DNA of 40,460 nucleotides, taken from NCBI GenBank assembly GCA_003614675.1, contig ML002338.1, positions 1 through 40,460 on the forward strand, given 5' to 3'. A program made the position numbers and the translations under genes. The stretch is from Dimargaris cristalligena (lineage: Eukaryota). The first letter of the stretch is position 1, and each line of letters starts with the position of its first letter. Of this stretch, positions 13,617 through 24,157 are shown piece after piece. Below the pieces are notes generated by a model. It searched no databases, was not told where the DNA came from, and saw only the letters and a program-made list of their open reading frames with translations.

Positions 13617-14197
13617 TGTTGCCTGGGTTAACCACTCTTAGTCCATCAAGAGTGCCAAGGATAGGCTTCTAATGGTAGGTGGGGCTTAGGCTCAGCCAAG
13701 TGGGCTACTAGTGTTAGGATGGGAGTGTAGTACTAACTAATAAAGGACAAATGTAGGTAAATGTAAGGGACATGCAGTAGGCACACTTATTAGTCAGTAC
13801 AGGGGGGTGAGCATATATAGAGTTTATTGAGGTAAACAGGGGAATATGAATAAGCTAAGGTATGGAACCAGTCCCAGTGGGGCCTGGTTATATATACACA
13901 GGGGCAGCTCTAGTGGAAGGTCCTAAGGGAATACTACTATGGCTAAGGTGTGGATAAGTAATGAATCCAACTGGATGGCTTCACATCGGGAAAACTCTTA
14001 TGGGAACTGGAAGAGTCTTGGATCAGCAAGCTGAGTATTTGGAGTGCAAAGTATTGGGGTTGAATGAGTGGGGTTACATAATAAAGGATGACCCCATAGT
14101 ACTGGGGGTAACTATGGGAGGGTCAATATGGTACTATAAGGCCTAATAAGGATGGTAATCATTAGGTCTGGATTAAGTTGGATTAGGAGGGCCAACA
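13617..14197. mobile_element. Solo LTR of an LTR retrotransposon (581 bp), copy 1
   Basis: Termini TGTTG...CAACA with a perfect 5-bp TSD GATAT (13612-13616 and 14198-14202). Removing it restores colinearity with the upstream region of the 17423 gene. Homologous to 14456-15041 in inverted orientation. Confidence 0.88.
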
Positions 14198-14262
14198 GAT
14201 ATCATACAATTCTTAAAAGACCAACCTTCTAAAGGAAAGTTTACCATCTCCCACCCATAGTA

Positions 14263-14455
14263 ATGCATGCCTGTAACATTGCCCTCTTGGTCCTTACCGC
14301 TTCATCCTTTGGTATTTTACCACTGACTTCCAAGTATCAGTATTCCACAGGTGGCTAACTCCCCAGCCCCAACCCATTCAGCAACAGGTATACTGTAGAT
14401 AAATCTGATGACTGGCCATCTACCAATAGTCAGGATTATACAAGTGATAGCATAC
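14263..14455 (+). pseudogene. Pseudogene (5' fragment) paralogous to the secreted-protein gene at 17423
   Basis: Translates MHACNIALLVLTASSFGILPLTSKYQYSTGG*LPSPNPFSNRYTVDKSDDWPSTNSQDYTSD, against MRACNIALLALAASSCGALALTSQQQYSIGDQLLSPNPFSDKYDVDKYSDWSSANSQYYSSD. In-frame TAA at 14356 where the paralog has CAA. Interrupted by LTR copy 2. Confidence 0.9.
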
Positions 14456-15041
14456 TGTCAGCCCTTCTAATCCACCTTAATCCAGACACCATACTACCTA
14501 CCCTTATTAGGCCTTATAGTACCATATTAACCTTCCCATAGTCACCCCCGGCACTATGGGATCACCATATATCATATAACCCTTCCTCTTCCGGACTCCA
14601 GCTCTTCATACTAATTACTCAGCATGCTGATCTGAAGACTCTTCCAGTTACCATAAGAGTCTTCCAGATACTAGCAGCCATCTGGTTGGCCTATTTTTAC
14701 TATATACCTTAGTTACTCATAGTCTTCCCTTGGGACCTCCCTATAGAGTTATCCCCACATATATATAACCAGGCCCCCTTAGGACTGGTTCAATTCCTTA
14801 GCTTATTCTTACCCCCCTAGTTTACTCTAATATACTCTATATACACGCACCCCCTTATACTGACCCATAAGTGTGCCCACTACACATCCCTTGTATAACC
14901 AATTGCCTAAGCCTTTATTAGTTAGTACCATGCCCCATACCTGATGCTAGTAGCCTGCTTGGCCAAGTATAAGCCCTGCCTACCATTAGAAGCCTATCCT
15001 TGGGACTCTTGATGGACTAAGAGTGGTAAACCCAGGTGACA
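14456..15041. mobile_element. Solo LTR, copy 2 (586 bp), inverted relative to copy 1
   Basis: Termini TGTCA...TGACA with TSD CATAC/TATAC (14451-14455 and 15042-15046, one C/T difference). Its reverse complement aligns end to end with 13617-14197 (e.g. ACCACTCTTAGTCCATCAAGAGT and ATATGGTACTATAAGGCCTAATAAGG). Confidence 0.85.
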
Positions 15042-17422
15042 TATACCCACCTCATAATGTAACCTAGCTGACCGAGTAGAGAACAAATAACTATAAGAAA
15101 CAACTAAGAGTCCCAAGTTAGGCAGGCAGATAAAAAGGTGGTTATATTGAGCACAAAAATGTAATAATGTAAATAATATTTTGTTTAACCTCATTACAAT
15201 AGTTGGCCATTTGGGCCATATAGTTTTTTCCTCTGAGGTGAGTGGCTATTATTGAGCTGTTGGGAGGAGGTTGTCCTTTGCTAACAGGAGGGGGAGGGGA
15301 TGGCCAACACCTTTGTCCAACAAATCTCCTTCACTTGGGCTAGGGGTACTGTGGGGGAGTGATATTGGCCTCTTGCCTATGATGGATAGTGGTCTGTCTT
15401 GGCTGCATAATATTGACTCTAGTTGTTAATGGCTTAACCCAGGCTATCAGTGTATATAGCCAATCTACCTGTCCCACCAGAAAATCCGGCCTAATAGTGC
15501 AACTGTGAGTTAAAACCACCCTGAACCTGGGATAAAAATAAATATAACACATACTAATTCGGATATGGTTTTTGTCAATATATATTTCTTTTATAACGAT
15601 CTATCTGTATTTGCCTACTCGACAGTCTTAGCAACACTTACCCTCCTTAGCCTAAGTGCAGCAATAGGACTAGGGTATATCCTTGCCACTCCCCCATATT
15701 AGATCTTATTGTACCAGAACCCCTTTTCTATGAATACACCTGTCGCCTCAATAACCTACTACTTAACCTTAACACCACCTATTATTATTCCGTCACTATA
15801 TTTCGCAGTTGACCCGGAGTCTCCTCTGACTCCCCCATAGTCTTACGGATACCAATGGGCACTAACTGATGCCAATATTCACTATCTATAGAACGCTCTT
15901 CTAGTATTGTCTTCACATAAATACCCCACCAAGTTGCAAGCGGTTTTTCAATGAAATAATGGGCAACTTAAACTGACATTTCAAATTTTAAGCATATGTA
16001 TGTTTCCTGAAAGCCCCATAACCCATTGAAATCGGCTTGGCAACAAATGTGTATAATAAGAGTTATAAAGATAACCCAAGAATTAACAACCTACGAGAGG
16101 GTGGTTAAGTGCGGCCCATCGCCTGTTACGAGTCAATAAACAGGCGACAGTCTCAAGCTGGGAGCAATACTACTATTTACAAGCACTGCTTCGAAGACGA
16201 GACAAACGTATAATATGAGAAAAGCCCGCGTTCCCTACCATAGACTTTTCCAAAGAAATCCATGCTGGGGTCCTTTTCCGCATATAACCACAGACCAAAG
16301 TGGGTCAACGGTTATCCGGATATATAATTGAGCAATTAATGAAGCTCAACCTGGCTTGAATCATACAGAATATTGGTGTAGGTCGTAAAAAAGAAACTGC
16401 CGTCGGAGAAGATATTTATTTTACCCTCGCCCCCTTTTATGAAACACGAGTCCAATAATCGACAGAATTACCCTGTAAAACTCCACAATAATGGACCCGC
16501 TTGCTATTCGGCACCGGATAACGGGCCTATTAGAATTCCCAATGGAAGCCACCGGACAGAAAAAACCCTTCGCCTGCGCTTTCCTTGAGCACAAAGGGTG
16601 ACCCGGGCCTTCCGGGATATACCGGCGGATCGATTGCAAGGGACCAGAGGGATAGGTACACTGAGGAAACTTATGCCGCTCTCCCCACCAGATTAACATA
16701 CTGCAATGGGCTTATATTATTGAAATGTATATTACAAGGTCGAACCCCCCGGCCCAGCTCGATGGGTGTGATTAGAGTAAAAGAAGGCCGTATGGCTTCT
16801 GTAACTACGTAGGTGCTCTTATGACAATTACCCCTTTGGTTTTTCATCTAATCAATGGACCACGTTAACGACCAATCGGCAGCATTCGCATGTAGCACCG
16901 TAGACCGTTGAAAAAGGGTAATGACACACCCTTGTCTTGGGGGACTTGCCGATATCCATACTAGAGTCCCTTACTCGCTAAACCAATTTAAAACATGCCT
17001 TGGACTGTCACCGCCATACCGCCAGAAAACCCGAACATTCTCTTTGTGTAACTTCCAGCTCTTTTATCGGTCATCAGCTGTTGTGGAACTAATCCGGACA
17101 TCCAATAATAAGGTCCGAAAACCCGCCTAAAGAAAAAAGCAAGGGTTTATATCTTACGTTTGGGGGGTGCAATTGAACGGCCAAATGGGCTATGCTTCGT
17201 TCGTCTCACTGTATATATAAACGCCCATCTTTCTCCCAGACTGTTGAGAGATATAGTATGTTTTTTTATTACTGTCTTTTATTGTGGGCTTGCAATTTCC
17301 CCAACTCTCTTATTCAATTCGCTGACCCAATTGGCCCCCTTGTCTGCTGTCTTTTTGGATAGTGTACTATTCTCGAAAGACCAACCTCCTAAAGGCAAAT
17401 TCGCTGTTTCCCGCCCAAAGTT

Positions 17423-18457
17423 ATGCGTGCCTGTAACATTGCTCTCTTGGCCCTTGCCGCTTCATCCTGCGGTGCTTTGGCGCTGACTTCCCAGCAACAG
17501 TATTCCATAGGAGACCAACTCCTTAGCCCCAACCCATTTAGCGACAAATATGACGTCGATAAGTACAGCGACTGGTCATCTGCCAATAGTCAGTATTATT
17601 CAAGTGACGACGAACAATATGGCGAATTCAATTCCAACAAGTCCAATTATGGGAAAACTATAGCTTCAACGAACCCAAGCGTTGCCACGTGGCCCTACAG
17701 TGAACCCCCCAAGACCAAACCGCTTGGTACCGAATCACGGCGTAATAGCGAACCCTCTTCCACTATAGCCCAAACAGACAAAAATACAGGACAAGAGGAC
17801 AACTTCAAAGCCACCAATCCTCACATTTCTCCGCTTAACCAACCACCGTCGCCGCCACTGACCGCCTATAACCCTAGCTCGGCCCTTCAAGTCGTTCGAC
17901 AAACACCCAAGTATCTGGCCGAACAAACTCGCCCGAATTCCCCGTCGGCGGCTTACGTTTACGGCGCCGCTACCATTTCGAGGGAAACTATGCCCTTGGC
18001 GGCCCAATGGTGTGACGAGACCATGGAATTGGTCGTGGCCAAGCGGGACGCTTCCGAATCCAGCTCAAAATTCCGAAAATGGTTTTCGCCAAAAGGTGTT
18101 GTCAAGTCGGCCCGGTTCGCCATAAACTACGCCGGTTTGCTTTTTGGTAAGGACGCCACCGTGGTGAATGCCCAATCCCGCTTGAAAAATATCTTCAAGG
18201 CCTATAGCGCAAATGTCTCAAGTCCCTACCTCATCGGACCGGAAAAAGAAATGGATACTCGCGGATCTATGCACTTAAAATTCGACTGGGGCGAGAACGG
18301 GTATTCGGCTAAATTGATCCCGGTCGAACCCGACGACTACGTCCATGTGGGCAGAAAAACTTATAATGCCCTGGAAGACTCAATGATTGAATTTTTGGAT
18401 GACCCCTTGGACAAAACCATGTACGAGTTTCTGAGAACCTGCAATACAGATATCTAG
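17423..18457 (+). CDS. Secreted protein, array member A (344 aa): signal peptide, S/T/P-rich region with NPFSD, Cys-bracketed C-terminal domain
   Basis: Hydrophobic leader MRACNIALLALAASSCGALA. C-terminal domain WCDETM...RLKNIFKAY...DKTMYEFLRTCN matches members B-D. TATATAA lies about 200 nt upstream. Confidence 0.85.
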   Translation: MRACNIALLALAASSCGALALTSQQQYSIGDQLLSPNPFSDKYDVDKYSDWSSANSQYYSSDDEQYGEFNSNKSNYGKTIASTNPSVATWPYSEPPKTKPLGTESRRNSEPSSTIAQTDKNTGQEDNFKATNPHISPLNQPPSPPLTAYNPSSALQVVRQTPKYLAEQTRPNSPSAAYVYGAATISRETMPLAAQWCDETMELVVAKRDASESSSKFRKWFSPKGVVKSARFAINYAGLLFGKDATVVNAQSRLKNIFKAYSANVSSPYLIGPEKEMDTRGSMHLKFDWGENGYSAKLIPVEPDDYVHVGRKTYNALEDSMIEFLDDPLDKTMYEFLRTCNTDI

Positions 18458-20328
18458 ACTGGTTCATAGCCAATTTGTTTAAATAACATCGCAACTTCGA
18501 AATCCCGTACAATTCCTATCCAAAAATATTAATACTAGCACAAACTAGCAGTCGTTTTATTTAATATAGTGTATATAAAATATGTCCCCATTTTATTTTC
18601 AATAAATACTGGAGTCTTCACGCATAGTATTCTCATCGGCAATAACTGGCCTCGCGCAAGCTATCGGCGTTTACACCAAGCTTACCCATCGCCAAGCTAA
18701 TTAAAAATACGGTCTATAGGTTTTTCCAAAACTTAGGTGAAAAGACAATGGCGGAATACGATCAATTGGAGCAGCCCAAATGTGCACAAAATAACATGAA
18801 GTAGGGAGAAGAGGTCAATAGCTAAGCTCGAACTGATATGGGTGAGGCCCAGTCAGGCCGTCTAGTGGAAAATGGGGTTGATTGGGCAGGTATTACAGAT
18901 TAAAAATATATATGCCGCCTATTATTATATTTATATATTGTTCATTATACTATACAGCCGCGTTAAATCTCACCTACATATAATAGAAGGAGCCCCCCAC
19001 CCTCCCCCACCCCCCGCTTATATTTGACACCCAATCAACATTTCTATTATATTTTCAACAAAACCCTCCAAAGACTATTGACCTTTCGAGCACAGTGCCC
19101 CCCTAACCTCCTAAACAGCAAGAGCACTTGGCGACTAATTGCTTCGTTTAGGCAATGCTAGTCACTGCGAAAGTCTAGCAGCCTAACGAATGCTTCGCGT
19201 ATCCCCATCAGATCTACCCTGACTATCTACGAACCCATTATTTGACAATTTCCTGTTGTCGATACGGGCGCGCAGGGAGGAGGTTAGGAGGCGGCCTTCT
19301 AGATGCTACGAGTTTATTCGTGTAAATAGTATTTTAAGTGTTACGTTTTCCTTTAAATTATATAATCCCGCCTTACTCGAAGACAGCCCTTACGTAATTA
19401 TAAGGCGGGCCCTATTAGTTTGAACTGTAATGCAGTAGTATGAGTGATAAGGCTGTGGAAAGGCACGGCCCATGGGTCAACCAAGGTGACCGTACAGTAC
19501 AGGTCAACAATACCCTTGCCCCATGGAAGCAAGGGCAACATGGAACAGTCAAATTATTCATATTTCGCCGCTTTTAGTTGACTAGGTGGGACTTACCAAT
19601 AACCGAAGGTCCCTAGATAAAAATAGCACCTTTTTTTTTCTTCCCCTATCAATTCTTAACGTCTGTTCAAGCGAAGTCCCCGCTGCGAGCGTACCTCCTT
19701 CACAGCGAAGGTACCCTACCATATCTCCCTTTCCCCCTATTTACTATTGGAGTGGTGCACCTTGTATTACGCCGCTTCTAAAGGCTCGAATAATTTGGCC
19801 ACTAATTAAACCTATAGCGTCTCATATTTTTTTTCGGACAATGAGATAATGAAGGACCTATCAGGTTTTGGGAACGTCAGTCCTATTGTAGACAGACCTT
19901 TTGAGTTACTATAGCCGTACCTTTCAAAAGGTCGAGCTGTGGGGCCGACATTTGGGAATACAGCAGCGGTTGGAAATAGGCTGACTAGGTATATATGTGT
20001 ATATATAGAGAAGTGAGTATAGAGAGTCCGATTATGCGGTTTTTGTCAGGTCATATAATCATCTTCCTCGAGAAGTCCTTTTCTTTAGCGACTTCCCAAT
20101 TTCCGGCGGCAATTATCCATCGTATATAGTTTCAAGTGCCACGCCCACTATTCTTTCTACAGCACTAATATTGCTCATAAACGGGTTACCTTATCCCAAC
20201 AGACCGTCCATTTTAGTTATTTTGACCTGTAATTGACTGTTGGTGCTGGCCACATAAAGTCGCCCACGTTGACTACGTCGCATCTCTCGGTATCTTAGTA
20301 ATTCCTTATTTTTATATATTATCTGGCC

Positions 20329-21393
20329 ATGAATAGTGCTATTGTTTTGGTTTCCCTATTCTTATCCTCCGCCACTGGGATGAACAGGTACCCTTTCCCC
20401 ATCCCCCAAATGCACCAAGTAGAGACACCATGGCCTCCATTTCCAATTCCGTCACCCGTTCCACCACCCCTTCCTCCTCGGCCCGATGATTATCAGCCGA
20501 GCACACTGTCCCTTCACGGGAAGCCCGACAAGTCATATATTTACGAGAATACTAACCAGTCGTCTATTTATGGAAAGCCCAACGAGCCGTCTATATATGA
20601 GAAGCCCAACGAGCCGTCTGTATATGAGAAGCCCAACGAGCCGTCAATTTATGAGCTGCCTGACCAGCAGTCAATCTATGATAAACCCAATACGCCCTCC
20701 ATATCGGACAGCTTGAACCCCTCGGCAATGGGTGCGCCTGCATTACCGAGTAGGACCAATACCGGGTTTAGTCTGGGGGCATCCAATTCGGCCGTTTCCC
20801 TAAATGTAAACACCCAAATCGACAACAACAGCGACGGCTCCGGCCACAGTTCATACCAGGATAGCCCAGTTTCCCCCGAGTCCGGGATGCTCCAGAGGGT
20901 CTGCGAAGACATGATGGGGTCTATTCAATACCTGACCTTTACTAATGAGGAGTCCATAAGGTCGAGACTCCGCGATTCGTTGACGGGCCAGGCCCACATG
21001 CTGGCGGCCTATGCGGCCCACCTCCACACACGGATTAGCCAAAGTAAGGAGCTTGGCGAGGTCTACCCGCGGGCCCGCCAGATTATGGGGGCCTACGTAC
21101 AACACCGGTCTGACCCCAGCATCATCCCATCGATGCACAGTGTGGATCTGCATAAATATAAGTACGTAATTCTATCGCTCGATAAGCGTACGAATGATAT
21201 TGTCTTGAAATCCACCACCAAAGACAGTTTTTTTCCGGTCCAGGACACAATGCATAATTGTATGAATGAGCCTATGCTTAAGTTTCGGTATGGAAATGCG
21301 AATGACCGTACCATGTATAAATTCCTAAGGACCTGCAACCCTAATTTAGGCCCTATGCGGGATCCCAAATGGCCGTTGGGAAAACTGCCCTAG
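20329..21393 (+). CDS. Secreted protein, array member B (354 aa): signal peptide, PPPLPPRP, six 9-aa Tyr repeats, Cys-bracketed domain
   Basis: Leader MNSAIVLVSLFLSSATG. Domain VCEDMM...RARQIMGAY...YKYV...MLKFRY...DRTMYKFLRTCN. Confidence 0.88.
   Translation: MNSAIVLVSLFLSSATGMNRYPFPIPQMHQVETPWPPFPIPSPVPPPLPPRPDDYQPSTLSLHGKPDKSYIYENTNQSSIYGKPNEPSIYEKPNEPSVYEKPNEPSIYELPDQQSIYDKPNTPSISDSLNPSAMGAPALPSRTNTGFSLGASNSAVSLNVNTQIDNNSDGSGHSSYQDSPVSPESGMLQRVCEDMMGSIQYLTFTNEESIRSRLRDSLTGQAHMLAAYAAHLHTRISQSKELGEVYPRARQIMGAYVQHRSDPSIIPSMHSVDLHKYKYVILSLDKRTNDIVLKSTTKDSFFPVQDTMHNCMNEPMLKFRYGNANDRTMYKFLRTCNPNLGPMRDPKWPLGKLP
20521..20691 (+). repeat. 27-bp coding tandem repeat, consensus KPNEPSIYE, about 6 units
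   Basis: AAGCCCAACGAGCCGTCT(A/G)TATATGAG-like units starting at 20521, 20548, 20575, 20602, 20629 and 20656. Confidence 0.92.
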
Positions 21394-23158
21394 GCTTTTT
21401 GTTGTATCAACCTAAATGTTGTTTTATTTATTTCGGCTAATTCGAATTTTTGTATAACCCTTGAATGGCTTATTGTCAATTTTGATTCTCTCGCAATTTA
21501 CACGGGCATTTATATTTTTTAACAACATTGGAGATAGAGGCTGAAGAAACGGACAGCCCAGCATCTCTTACAAAAAAGTATACTCTAATAAAAATACGGC
21601 CCTCAAAAGCCACGAGTGAATCATGTGATTATCATGTTTTACAACATTGGGGAAGGGGGTCAATAGATAAAAACCTACCTTGATACGGGTGGGTTCCACC
21701 AATTAGGGTGTTTAATTGCCAAAACAGTTGACTAGGTAGGTATTACGGACTTTAAATAGATATAACACCTCTAAGCAGATTTATATAATTTTGGTAAAAC
21801 TATACAGCCGCGCTTAATTTTACCTACATTTAATAGCGGACGCCCCCCCCGTTTATACTTGACACCCAATCGACCCTACCATTATATTTACCAAAACCAT
21901 CCAAAGACTATTGACCTTTCAAGCCGAATGCCTCCCCTAACCATCTAAATAGCTAGAGCGTTTGGCGACTAATTGCTCTACTTAGCAATGCTAGTCACTG
22001 CGGAAGCCTGGTAGCCTAACCAACGCTTCGCGCATTCTCATCAGGCTTAACATAGCTATCGACTAACTCATTCTTCGACAGTTTCCTGGTGTCGATATGG
22101 ACACACTGGGAGGAGACCATCTTCTATTTGGCACGAGTTTAATCGTTTAAATAGTGTATTAAATATTATATGTTCCTTAAAATTATCAAACTCCGTCCTA
22201 CTCGAAGGCAAGCTATCCGTAATAATAATGTGGGCCCTATTAGTTTGGACTGTAATACAATAGTATGAGTGATAAGGCTAAAGGGAGGGAACACAGCCAG
22301 TGGGCCAACCAAGGTGGACCGTACAGTACAGGGCAACGCAACTCTTGACCCATGGACGCTAGGGCAGCATTGAATACTCAATCTACTCATCCTTTCCATC
22401 TTTTTTCCCGGCCAGGTGGGGCTTGCCAATATCCGAAGGGTTGTCGGTAGAAAGAGACACCCCTGTTATCTAGCCCTACACATCTTTCCACCAGGTTAAT
22501 TGAAGTCCCCACTGCGAGAGTACCTCCTTCACAGCGAAGGTACCCTACCATATCTCCCTATCCCCATACTTACTATTGGGGCGCTGAGCCTTGTATTACA
22601 CCTTCTCGAAGGGCTCGATCTATTTGACCACTAATTAGACCAATAATATCGCTGGCTAGTTTTGGACAATGTGATAATGAAGGGCTTATCAGGTATTGGG
22701 AACGTCAGTCCAATTGTAGATAGACCTTTTGAGTTACCATAGCCGTAGCTTTCAAAATGTCCGACAGCTTGGCCGATAATTATGGTTAAAGCAGTGAGTA
22801 AATTTTGGCCGGCTAGGTATATATGTGAATATATATATGTAGGCGCGGGTGTGGGGAGTCCGAAAGTATGTATTTTGCCAAGCCCTACAATCGACTTTAT
22901 CGGGAGACCCTTTTCTTCACCGACTTCCCAATTTCCGACGGCAATTATTCATCGTATATAGCTTCAAGTGACACGTTCATTCTATTTTCTACATACCTGA
23001 TATTACTGATAAACGGGTTATTTTTTCTCTATAGCCCGTCCTATTTAGTTATTTTAGCGTATGGAATACACACCTGGTACTGGTCGCATGAACTCGCTCA
23101 ATTAAGCTACGCCGTTCTTTAATCTTAGTGATTACTAACGTTAATACATTATTCGACT

Positions 23159-24157
23159 ATGTGTATTGCCATTATTTTGGTTTCGTTATTATTACCTTCC
23201 GTCATTGGAATGTACGGGCACCCTTTCCCCAACAACCAAAGGTACTCAGTAGAGCCACTAGGGCCCCCATTTCCTATTTCAACGCATTTTCCACAACCCC
23301 TTCCTCCTCGGTCCAATGTTTATCAACCCAGCGAACCGTCTCTTCACGGGAAGCCCGACGGGGCATCTATTTATGAAAAGCCTAACGAGCCGTATAGTTA
23401 TGAGAATCCTAACGAGGCATATATTTATCAGAAGCCCAACGCGCCGTCTATTTATGGGCAACCTGACCTGGAGTCGGTCTATGATAAACCCAACACACCC
23501 ACCACCGCATCGGGAACATATTACCCATTGGCAATGGGCGCTGCAACGGTACCAAGTGTGCCGGATGCCAGGTTTAGTCTGGGGTCATCCAATTCGGCTA
23601 CTCCCCCAAATCCCAACACTCAAGCCGCCAATGACTTGTACCATAGTTCGGGCCTGGCTAATGCGGCGTCCACTGAGTCCGTGATGCTCCGAGGGGTCTG
23701 TGAAGACATAATGGAGGGTAATCAATACAGGTCCTTGACCAAGGGGAAGTCCATGGGGTCGAAACTACGCAATTCGCTAACGGGACCGGTCCACATGGTG
23801 GCGGCCTATGCGACCCACTTATACACCCGGATTCGCCATCGAACCAAGCCTGGCGAGGTCAACCGGAGGGTCCGCCAGATTATGGAGGCCTACATGCAAC
23901 ACCGGCCTGACCCCAGTATCACCCCGTCAATGCATAAGGTGGATTTACGTAAATATAAGTATGTAATTATAGTGCACAATATACAAACGCGGCGTATCAG
24001 CCTGAAACCCACCACCAAACGCAGCTTTTTGTGGGTAAACAAAAAAGCGACTAGTGATGTGGCGAGGTCTATGCTTAAATTTCGGTATGGGAGCGCACAT
24101 GACCGCGCCATGTACGGACTCCTAAAGGCCTGCAACCCCGATTTAGATCCCTGGTAG
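23159..24157 (+). CDS. Secreted protein, array member C (332 aa): signal peptide, PLPPR, five Tyr repeats, highly basic Cys-bracketed domain
   Basis: Leader MCIAIILVSLLLPSVIG. Closest paralog of B, with 80/145 identities in the domain by manual count. Ends DRAMYGLLKACNPDLDPW. Confidence 0.88.
   Translation: MCIAIILVSLLLPSVIGMYGHPFPNNQRYSVEPLGPPFPISTHFPQPLPPRSNVYQPSEPSLHGKPDGASIYEKPNEPYSYENPNEAYIYQKPNAPSIYGQPDLESVYDKPNTPTTASGTYYPLAMGAATVPSVPDARFSLGSSNSATPPNPNTQAANDLYHSSGLANAASTESVMLRGVCEDIMEGNQYRSLTKGKSMGSKLRNSLTGPVHMVAAYATHLYTRIRHRTKPGEVNRRVRQIMEAYMQHRPDPSITPSMHKVDLRKYKYVIIVHNIQTRRISLKPTTKRSFLWVNKKATSDVARSMLKFRYGSAHDRAMYGLLKACNPDLDPW
23351..23494 (+). repeat. 27-bp coding tandem repeat, about 5 degenerate units
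   Basis: KPDGASIYE-KPNEPYSYE-NPNEAYIYQ-KPNAPSIYG-QPDLESVYD-KPN. Confidence 0.88.

Larger units (their letters stand above)
18700..21601 (+). repeat. Tandem duplication unit 1 (about 2.8 kb: upstream region, gene B, 3' flank)
   Basis: Colinear with 21602-24394 through noncoding DNA (TATACAGCCGCG, TTGACACCCAATC, CCAAAGACTATTGACCTTTC, AATGCTAGTCACTGCG, AGTATGAGTGATAAGGCT, TATACTCTAATAAAA). Ends are approximate. Confidence 0.85.

Noticed and set aside
13617-15041. A single TIR/foldback (Pack-type) transposon with 580-bp inverted repeats capturing a gene fragment
   Set aside because: Each arm has its own TG...CA ends and its own TSD, and the outer flanks (GATAT vs TATAC) do not match. These are two separate LTR insertions.
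15047-15900. Possible 3' remainder of the pseudogene, or another decayed secreted gene (hydrophobic LSVFAYSTVLATLTLLSLSAAIG at 15601)
   Set aside because: No ATG, several stops, and no convincing alignment to gene A by eye.
19390-19397. TTACGTAA bZIP-type palindrome upstream of gene B (also at 36309) as a target of the local bZIP factor
   Set aside because: Not conserved in the duplicated unit upstream of C, and an 8-mer can occur by chance in 40 kb.
20521-20691. CRISPR-like regular repeats
   Set aside because: Contiguous 27-bp in-frame coding repeats with no unique spacers and no cas genes, in a eukaryotic context.
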